From Anthoceros angustus (Eukaryota > Plantae > Anthocerotophyta): 64,000 bases of DNA. Of this stretch, positions 13,099-22,714 are shown piece by piece. Numbering within the stretch: position 1 is the stretch's first letter; each line of letters begins with the position of its first letter. The notes under the pieces were generated by a model that was not told the DNA's origin, did no database searches, and worked only from the letters and a program-made list of their open reading frames with translations. Where the stretch lies: the NCBI GenBank assembly GCA_010909165.1, contig MU008216.1, forward strand, positions 1 to 64,000, in the 5' to 3' direction. A program made the translations under genes and the position numbers.

Positions 13099-13960
13099 TC
13101 AGAACTCTTCTGAGTCAGATGTGGAGGGAGACAGAAACTTAGACTTTCCGTTGTCCCTGTTTCTCTCCCACATCCCTCTCACGTTAGGGTCGAAGCTATG
13201 TTCCTCGTCACTAGTGTCGTTGTCTTCATTAGGTCGAACATAGCCAGCCTCATCCTCTTGTCTCTCCCTGGACACTGTGTTGCAAAGGTGGATCATATGA
13301 GCAGTAGGTCAGACCACACCAACAGTGGGATGTTAGTTAAGGCAAGCTGCAAATCAGTTACTGTACCATAGCTTGAGATGAAATTTCCTTCGTGTCCGCC
13401 CCACCTCCACCAGTTCTCCCTGACCATGCAGATGTTTGTAGTTGGGCAGATGTAAACCTCAGGGGTTCCCGGGTCGTTCACACCATCTCCATCCGAGATG
13501 ACCCTTCCTCTCAGAGTTGGGTGCCCCACGGGTAGTCTGTATTCCTTCGCTTTGAAATCACCAAGACTACCACAACGCTCTGCATTCTCGTGGTCGCCTT
13601 CACTGCCTTAGTTCCGAGTGGGATGTTCAGGGAAGCCCTCCGAGAGGTAGTCGCGTTCTTCCGCTTTAAGTTCTCCACTTCTTTGGTCAGTGCCTCTTTC
13701 CTCTTCCTTGCTTCCACCAATGAGTTCTGCCAAGATGCCTCCTCACAAGAACTCTATATGGAGGCTCTCCTTCAGGATGGATAGGACAAGGAGGTGCGTT
13801 GAGAGGAGGACAGAATGCATCCTCAGGTGCTTGAGCGCTGGAGTCCCAAAGAACCCCTCGAGCCACCTGGTTATGCGCAATGCATCGCTACTTCCTCATC
13901 AAGGCCAGGAACTACCGCCGCCTCTCTCCGGGCGCATGATCTATGGAGCCGCCTTGTTCC
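13099..13960 (-). pseudogene. Antisense extra ORF of Copia A between pol and PPT, unknown function
   Basis: Fragments 13511-13720, 13293-13529 and 13099-13296 are homologous to the antisense ORF of Copia C (DGDGVNDPxTPEVYxC...ENWxRWGG..GNFIS; EHxFDPN). Confidence 0.75.
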
Positions 13961-14083
13961 AGCCCATTGAGCCACCAAGGAGCGTAAGCGCAGGAACTTT
14001 GAGCCGAGGTGGGTGCATCGTGGTTACACTCGTGAGTCTGCTTTTAGTTTCATGTTATTTATAATCGTATACCCAATGAGAGG

Positions 14084-14676
14084 TGTTATATAATAATACA
14101 CATTACTTATCTTACATTGGGTAATACTTAATATGATGGTAAACCCTAATGACGAAGTTAGTTAGTTGTAACTTTTCACGGGTCCGTGATATATGTTCAT
14201 GGTTCCCTTTGTTTAACCGCTTTTTGTTCATTGCTATGTATGCAAGTGGAGGATCGATCATCGTGTGCATCACACTTCCTCACCGGCTACTGGGAACTGG
14301 CCGCCTCTCTCTCAAGGCATGATCTATGGAGCCGCTCTTGTTCCAGCCATTGAGCCAGTCACAGGAGCGTAAGCGAGGAACTTTTGAGCTGAGGCCGGGG
14401 TGCAGACTGTGGCGCGTACACTCAGGAGTCTGTTTTTAGTTTCATGCTATTTCTGATATAACTGTATACCCAATGAGAGGGGGTGTTACAGATAATAATA
14501 ATACATTACTTATCTTACATTGGGTAATACTTAATATGATGGTAAACCCTAATGACTGTAGTTAGTTGTAACCGTTTCACGGGTCCAGGACATATGTTCA
14601 TGGTTCCCCTTTTGTTTAATCAGTTTTTGTTCATTGCTATGTATGCAAGTGTGAGGATCGATCATCGTGTGCATCA
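14084..14676 (+). repeat. 3' LTR of Copia A, present twice (14084-14272 and 14484-14676)
   Basis: Each copy follows cccaatgagagg(ggg), begins TGTTA and ends ...gtgtgcatCA. Confidence 0.85.
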
Positions 14677-15118
14677 GCATGTAGCAAACTTCACAGTGGT
14701 GACCACCACCGGCACGGTGGTGGACATGACTACCGTGGTTGATTCAAAGAACGTTCCTGCGAAGTTGATTGGACTATAATGCTCACACACTGAAGGGAGG
14801 TCAAGATGTGATTGGATCAAGGTTTGGCGTGGTACCTTGTCCAACCCCGAGATTGGACTCGACAAGATGGGCCTCCCGATCCTCGGTTGACCTTACCCCT
14901 TTCCCCTTCCGGTGCTGCCTTCCGATTGATTCTCCTCAACTCCATTTCTTTTAATCTTTCCAGGTGTCACGCTTCCGCTTGAGGCTTCTTCCTGATTACA
15001 ATTCTCTGACTCAACTCGTGGCATCCATCTACCGACTAGATACACTCTAAAACTAGACACCTAAGCTATGGTTAGTCTTTCCTATAACCTGACAGCGCTT
15101 ATCTCGCAAGGCCCAAAA

Positions 15119-17120
15119 TGTGGAATGGGTTTTGCATCCAAGACGCAAAGAGGCCACATTTACCTCTATGTCGTTATAGTCCTAGGATTCGATCCCAAGG
15201 GAATGGTTTTGTGTCAAGATGTTCTAAAACTATGGATTCTAGTCCTCTACACCGCCCTACCCAACCAATCAACTACAGGTGTCCGAACCCACGTGGTAAG
15301 TTGACCACCGCTGGTGGATTCGGCCACCGTGGTGGTGGATTCGGCCACCGCTGGTGGGACCCACCCGACCGCACGCCGCGACGACTATTTGGCACCCGGC
15401 CTCCACGCCTGCTAAGGGCTATGGTCCTATGCACATGATTCACATGTACACCAAGTCACACTCATGTGATTCACACCCGAGCTCACCGTGGATGCACACC
15501 ATGGCCACGCACGCACCTCACTCCGCCGCTGATTTCCTCCGACCCCACAATTTATTCCCAACCTTCCTCGCCCGCTTTTCCAGACTCACCACCACTTCCT
15601 AGACTCCTTCACACAACGACTCACTCACCCCTTTCTCTAGGACCTCATACACCACCGCACAAGATGTTCCCATGCATCCTCTCTCAAATCACCCCACACA
15701 AGCCCTCTCACCATTCTCTCTCAGCCACATGCACCTCTCTTGGGCCACACCCCTCCTTGGGCCACACCTCCTCAGCCACACAGACTTCCTTGGGCTGCAC
15801 TCTCCTTGGGATTAGACACAATTTGTTGTTAGACAGGGAAAGGAAAACAAATGGTCGGCTCCAGCGATTCAGACACCCGCGATCTCACCTCGTCCCCTCG
15901 GAATTTCCTCTCCGCATGCATTGAGCACCCTTCACCACTAGTCACCCCAGACGTGAGCTTGGTCACTCACCTCGACCATCCAGGATCTCCCGCCCTCTTG
16001 TGACGAGAGGACAAGACACCGAATCACCCATCATCGATCGGATGTCTCCAACCAACCACGCACAAATTCACACACGGAGCTCACACCAAATTGTCTCAAG
16101 AGAGACACTCAAGGGTCTCTTATACATCCGTCGGCGCCATAGCTCACTTTCCCAAGGTCTAAAGATGGCTAACCTACCTCAAAGGTTTAAAGATGGCTAA
16201 CTACCACAGCGCCACCTACCAATCTGTATCTACATTCACAAGCTTCCTAGCACCTTATCCTCTAATCCAAGTGAAAGCCTCGACCTATGATGCCGCCTCC
16301 TCTAAAATCGCCGCCTCCGGCTGTCGCCTAGCCTCCCCATGGGTGTTCCCCGCCTCCTACCACGCCCGATCCGAAGATCCTCCCTTAATATCTCCACCTC
16401 ACTCCCGCTTATCCGAGGTCCCTTCACTCCTCCTAGGAGGCGCGTCTGCTCACCGCCTCGCAAGACGCTTTCGCCTCCTCATCACCGGACAGCCAAACTG
16501 CATGCTCTCCATCCATGCTCTAGCCTCCGCCTTGCTCATTTCTCGAGCACAACCTCGTGAAGGGTATGCCCGGCCCTGGACAATCCCGGGCTGGCCGCTC
16601 GAACTGAGGGAGTTGCATCCTCCTGGGCCCCGACGGTGGCTTCCCCACCTTGGGTCCTTCTTCCGCGACGGCCCACCACCGCGCTCCACCACTGGTGGTC
16701 GCTTCCACCCATCGTGGTGGCTGCTCGCCCTTCTTCGCCTTTGCCTCGCCTCTTGACCCGGCCCTAGCCTCACCTCTCTCCGCTTATACCTCTCCGCTAG
16801 CTTCTTGAACTTCTCCAGAGGTGCCGCCTCCACTTGTTCCCGGCCCCTGTCGAATGAAGGATCCCCACCTTATATAGACAATTTTTATTCCTAAAATCCC
16901 AAGGTCCAAGGACCTTCTAGCCTCATACACAGTGTTCGAGGCCCAAGGACTAATTATTTGTAAAAGTAATATTGTCATGGGCCAAGGACCACTTTTAGTA
17001 TAAAAGGCCTTGCCTGACATTTCCTAAGCACTCCATCACACAAAACATAAGAAAACAAAAAACATTCAAACCAATAAATTGTGGAGGGTTAGTGTACATG
17101 TGGTCTTCCACAATATGTTC
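15119..17120. mobile_element. Copy 1 of a repeated module (CT-rich leader, opposite-strand accessory ORF remnant, promoter-like block); LTR-retrotransposon-associated
   Basis: 15119-15240 is the reverse complement of ~55110-55223; 16040-16270 matches ~54260-54440; 16860-17120 matches ~51590-51830. ORF 16450-16833 resembles 53540-53848 (RYKRE...KEEPRWGSH). Confidence 0.75.
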
Positions 17121-17916
17121 GTAAAGTTGTCTATGGAGCACTCCGCTCGACATCTCGGACAAGACTGGATTGTGCAAAGAACGCCCGCCGCCAATTGGTG
17201 TATGTGTACATTATGGGTGCACCACGGTCCAGCCCAAAGTCTTCATGTCCGGGAGCAGCCTGTCACGCAGTTGCTGAGAAGAATGACTGTGGTACGTAAT
17301 TTTCCTGCACACCCAAGACGACATACCAAACCTCGACCCCAATGTCGTCGCTGCTTACTCACCGCGATCAAGACTTTTGACATGTGGTCTTGCCAAATGA
17401 GGGTGTCCGTGAGGAACTGCAGGGTTGAGAGCCAATGATGGGTACATTGTGTTCCACAAGGTTATACACCAAATTTGTTTAGAAGGAGTGAGGCAAACCG
17501 TTAGTGGAGCTAAAGGGTCGACTTCCTGGCCGCCACCCACCAGGGCGCCAAGGCCGGGTGCATCCACCGCCAGATACTCACGATGGCGTGGCATGCATGT
17601 GGACCGTACAACAGAAATGCATCGCCGCAGCAACCCACCATCCGCATGGCAATTACCACCGAGAAGCAACCAACAAGGGCATATGCAAGGATGCACAAAG
17701 AATGGAGAAGATGGTATGCTTACCAAGTGCAAATATTGGGAAACAACCCACCAAAGGTATTACCGAGAAACAACCCAAAGAATCCACCGCTTAGAAAGCA
17801 TCCAAGGAATAAAGATTCGCAAATGTTTCGCTGGCTAACCGGGTCAGAGGTCATGGCGGTGAGCCCGACGCATTTGCGTCTCATCGTGTCCGCACCCGAG
17901 CTGGTGATGCCCAGAT

Positions 17917-20900
17917 GTGCCCGACCAGCACCGGACGTCCCGGGTTTTGAGCGGAGCCAGTGGACTTGGTGACCCCCATGCGCATAACTCATCCGCGCAG
18001 CAAAGGGAAGGAAGCCTAACTGGGTACGACGAGGACACCAGGGACGACGGTGAGGACAATGAGGCATTTCCGGATGGTATTTTGCCGGACGAGTCGGAAG
18101 ACGATCAGGATGCAGAAGGTGGCTCTGCAGACGAAGAGGAGAACTGCTTGGCAGCCGACGAAGAAGACGATCTCGAGGTTCTGTCCCCATCCCGTGATTG
18201 CTCACAGAGGTCTAACGGAGCTGTGTTGGATCGTAGAAGGGTACAAGCAGAGTCCCCCATCGTCAGGAAGTCTGCCAAGGGAAGGAAGAGAGGAGGAGCT
18301 TTTGTTGGCAAACAGATTCCGGAGCGGGCGGTGCACAACAGCAATGGGAAAGCCAAGAAATCAAAGGGGAAACAAGGGAAGCCTGCAATTGTGGAGGAGA
18401 ACGAAGAAGAAGAGGAGGATGAACCACTGCCCAGGTTTGTGGAGAAAGCTAAGACGGTCCATCGACGATGACAGTTTGCAATAAGAGCGATGCAAACCGG
18501 AGAAAGGGATGGTATTGCTATCAAACGAGTTTGGGAGTCTACTTTGAAGCTGCCAATCAAGTGTTGCAAACCACGAGGAACGTGAGGGGCGCCGTGGTGA
18601 GGAACTGGATCTCGCTTGGGTGGAGGCTTTGATGCAAAAGATGAAACATGTGGGTGGTGTGCTACCAATGGTTGTGATAGTCGATCCTTCACGCAGGCCG
18701 ACAAAACGAATTCGACGTTGAGAAGGTGGACCAAGGTGTGTGTGTTTTTCGTCTTGGGGTAATCATTCTTTCGGGCAAGGTCCGTCTGCTCATCTCACTC
18801 CACCAAGGAAGAGTACAAGTGGATGGATGCATATGTCCTAGCTGGACTCACAGAGGACGAGATGAGGATTGTAGCTACGGACCACAACACGATCGCAGAT
18901 GCAAGAAAGACATTTACTTTCATGGACCGAGTACGTTACATTAGAAGTGAGTTGCTATCTAGGAGATCGAAGGTTTGAAGTGCGACGAGCGGAAGCTGGA
19001 TGTGTATGCTGGCGGGATCCCAAAGTGGGATGCAACAAAGCATGGCCCCAAGGCATGATCAGGTGCTTGTGGACAATAACATGGACTACCGTGTGGCAAA
19101 AGTTGATGAAGAAGTCCGGAGGTATGTGGACGAGATATTTGAGAAGTGGGAATGTAAGCGCCACGAATGGTGGATGCGCCGCGCCTTAGCAAAGAAAATG
19201 CATAAAGGCCACGAGGAGGACACGGAACACACCTACAGTGAGAGACCTTGTGGTCATTGAGGTTAAAGAAGCGGATGTGTGAGAGTGTGGAAGTGTTTTG
19301 TGGTATCGAACATTCTCGTCATGGCAACAACAACCTTAAGACAAAGATGTATGAAGGTTCTCTGAGAAATGAGTTTGAGGCAAATGCAAGGGTGGAGGAG
19401 AAGCCAAAAATTGAACCTCATCCACGCTACACTTGCAAAGAACTTGAACTGTGAGACCTTTGAGCGTTAGGAGCGCTACCCTCAATACAAGATCACGAGC
19501 GGATCAACTTCCCTGCTCAAAACTATGGTCAGAATCGTCTTGCACTACTGCTCCACACCACGGTGCATTTGAGATCATTTCATGTGTATGAACGCTTGGT
19601 GGCTTTGGGCTTGCTTCACTTGCCATGATGTTCTTGTGCTGGTGCTTTGCCCTTTGTGCGAGAGCGAATGCTTGTCTTGAGTGGAGTGCACTCCCGACAA
19701 TTTCAAGGAACACGTTATGAAGGCCAAAGCATGGAAAATAATGGAGGATGAGCAACGGCGCTTGTTGGAGACCGCAAGTCCCAAGTTAAAGACATTCGAG
19801 ATGACACCGGAGATCCAAAGAAGGTAGGCATAATATGTGGGAACATCGTGAGGATGGCCCACAGTGGAACCCCGACCGTATGCTATGTTGCGGACTTGCC
19901 AAGAGGGTTGGGTCCGGATGCTAACTCGAGAGAGTATGACACGCGCTCGCCTTGAGTTTGAAAACGCATCATGCGCCTGTGGCATCACAACGTCGAGGTA
20001 TTTAGAATCGTGGTATTTCATTCGCCGATGATATGTCAATGGTCCGGGATGTATTGCTTGCAACATGTAAAGGAGGTGTCGTGCTTCGCACAAAACCAAT
20101 GTGAAAGCTGAACGGACAAGTTGTATGATGGTGATTACATCACCACGGGGCGCGCCCTCAAGCGGATTGTCACCGCAACATTTCTCTCGCCGCACTGCTA
20201 TGAAAGATGGAAAGGGGTTGACATCTTGCTTTTCAGAGAAGGCAGTGGAACATAAGCTGTGTTATAACACAGCAGATGATAGGGTGGTATGCCCATATCA
20301 AAAGCCCATCAGATTGTTGAAGAAGCTCATTGAGCTATACACTATGGAAGGCGAGTGGGTCTTAGACGGGTGTGCAGGCTCTGGGTCAAGAATGGTTGCA
20401 GCTATCAAGTCTGGGCGCAGTGTCATTTCAATAGACGTGGATCCCAGGCCTTCCATGGATCTACGAAATAATTTGGACGCCTGGCCGAACGAGGAGGAGG
20501 AGGTGGGAGAGATCGAAGGCTATGCAGGACCCAAGACGCTTTAGCAAAGAGCCGATGGTGAACTCACCGGTGGCGGGGCTTTGTGGCTCAAGCGGGCGGC
20601 TGCAAGAGAGCCACATCCGGAGATGTGATAGAGCCACTGATGTTTGGTGTTGTGGGAGATGTGTGTGCAGGTGCATTGGCAGATGGTGAGAAAACTACAG
20701 GAGACGTTATGGGCGAGACGCGTGCAGATGATGACCTGGGTGCGGCACTCGCATTTGGGCACGATGATGGGGAAGAGCAGGCTCCCATTGAGTCGTTGAC
20801 CGAGAAGTATGATCCACTGGACTCCCATGCCAACGCATGGGTGGACAGCCAAAAACAATTTCTAGCATCTGAATCGCTTTGGTGGGGATGCGTGGAGGAC

Positions 20901-20969
20901 CCGATTGACAAGCATAGTTGCGTTTTACTTGTTGGACTCGTGAAGAATGATTTGTGCTTTGACTTGTAG
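17917..20969 (+). pseudogene. ParB/Srx-like domain plus beta-class N6A/N4C DNA methyltransferase, acidic termini; frameshifted as assembled
   Basis: VRELDLAWVEALMQKM..VLPMVVIVDP (18597), GNHS (18758), DAYVLAGLTEDEMRIVATDHN..FTFMDRVRYIR. Then IICGN..VADLPRGLG (motif IV position, 19890) and YQKPIRLLKKLIELYTMEGEWVLDGCAGSGSRMVAAIKSGRSVISIDVDP (20296-20445). Confidence 0.8.
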
Positions 20970-22439
20970 TGAGGCATACATGTCCGGCACACCAACCTCG
21001 ACACCGGATAGGCCCACCGGCCGGTGCTATCCTGCTGCTCGAACGTGGCCCTTCGCTAGCCCTCCAAAGATTCATGTTTGAGCATTGGCACTCTTCAGAG
21101 GGATGTCAAACATTTGCTCACAATCACAACAACTGATTGGTAAATCAAACGGTGGATGACCACATCAGCTTCCTTTTACTCATTCCTTGTTTACCCATAT
21201 ACGCGACAACACATTGTCGTGCACGACACGTGATGGTGAACCAAAACCCTGAAGCCGCTGCCATTCCAAATCTCCACGTTGTGGAGCATGGTCTACCATT
21301 GTAGCGGAATGGCTTTGCATCTAAACCCCATCTGAACAAGACCAGTTGTGCGCGGAAGCAGAAGCACTTTGGACCGGTGCGGAGGCGATTGGGTGAACAC
21401 ATTCATGCTATTCAACGGCCAATGGTAGACGATCGCCATGTCCACGAGGGGAAAGGCACGATTTCGCTCAAGCACCAAAGGCATCATACTGCGGCGCTTG
21501 CACCGTGTGTCCGGATATTTAAATCAAAACCCTTTGACTCCGAACTGCGCCGACCGGATGTCCGGTCGAGTCGTTTCATTTGGTGAATCGTTCCCCACCA
21601 CTTTCCTATTTACTATGTGAACGCTTAAACACTTTCCTATTTATTATGTGAGCGCTTATGTCAACGCTTATTGAAATCTTGGCTGGTGTGCAAATGTGCA
21701 AACAGACCTCACATCGGGTATTTATCTTCAAATCTTGCGTGTTTTTAAGGGTAGGTCATATAGTATAGAGGGAAAAAAGGAAAAATTAGTAAACAAACCT
21801 TGAGATGCACGGTTTCATTTGAAAACTCTTCATTCCTCATACATCATTTTAAGTAGAATTTTAAAAGAGCCTAATACACGGTTTTCCTCAAAACAAACCC
21901 TGCCACACCCTCAAAATTAGAGACGAGGAGCCGTCTCTACTTCTTAGGAGACCTTGTTCTGAGTGCTCAAGGACAAACTGGTAAATGCAATGATAACATG
22001 GTTTGGGCGAGCCACAGCAGGAAGCCGATGGCCATGGAGGACGAGCTAGGCACGCAACGCCCGCTTGAGAAGGTAGGTTGCGCGACACCAGATAGATGAA
22101 AATAGGCCGATGTGGTGAAATCTGGGGTGTATGAATCCCTCCAGATTTTCATAAATGATGAATACAAAGTACCGTATCGTGGACGTGTACAAAGTATATA
22201 CGTTATCAGTGTGACGTATATGCTTATTTTATACAAAATGGAATATGACCGTATATCATAGGAAATTACCGTATAGTACATATCGCCATGAACAATACGC
22301 ATATTTTATGAAGAATGTGTTCGTACATGTATTTATGTATATGTGTATTCATACGAGTAGCAGTGGGAACTACTAAGTAAAACTAGGTACTCCATAGAGT
22401 AATAGTAGTAAAGGAGAAAGGTAGATGGGGAGGAGGTTT

Positions 22440-22714
22440 GGTACCAAGCCTCCAAAAGTGTTACAAGACTTTTCTTGTAACACTTTATATGTTGCAATCT
22501 TGAGAGAGCACAAAAGCACCTCTCACTTCATCTCAACATAATTGCAACACCATTGCAACATGGTTGCAACAAATGCTCGGGTTTGGTTTCCAAGCCAAAG
22601 TGTAACAAAAGGCCCAAAAAGTGTTCCATGGCCCCAAAATTGCAACATAAGTGTTACATCCAGGGGTCCAAATCTTAACATAAAGTGTAACAAAGGCTGC
22701 CATTTCTAGTAGGG
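22440..22714. mobile_element. Right end of a CACTA/En-Spm-like DNA transposon (CCCTA-type TIR)
   Basis: TTTCTAGTAGGG at 22703-22714 (reverse complement CCCTACTAGAAA), preceded by dense sub-terminal TGTAACA/TGTTACA/TTGCAACA motifs in both orientations. Confidence 0.65.

Larger units (their letters stand above)
548..14676 (+). mobile_element. Ty1/copia element A (5' LTR absent; interrupted by element B; 3' antisense extra ORF; PPT and 3' LTR)
   Basis: gag ILEEKQLMDIVDG (~600), GAG-pre WHGLGHPN, INT LDLVHTDICGPMSV..WGGARYF, RT KWVFKLKY/YKARLV/LYVDD, RH AADLLTKSL at 4606 resuming as LPRLKHYQFKEALGV at 12937. INT-RT-RH order; PPT GAGAGGGGG then LTR TG...CA 14484-14676. Confidence 0.88.

Noticed and set aside
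16105-16120. GTCTCTTATACA (and TGTATAAGAGAC at ~54376) resembles the Tn5/Nextera mosaic end
   Set aside because: Only 12 of 19 nt match, and it lies at the homologous position in three module copies, so it is an element motif rather than adapter contamination.
16193-16756. 187-aa plus-strand ORF as gag of the module
   Set aside because: No gag or Zn-knuckle motifs; amino-acid conservation among copies is on the opposite strand.
17917-20969. DIRS-type retroelement as the source of the MTase
   Set aside because: No tyrosine recombinase, DIRS RT or inverted/split repeats seen, and the motif order is beta-class with a ParB-like partner.
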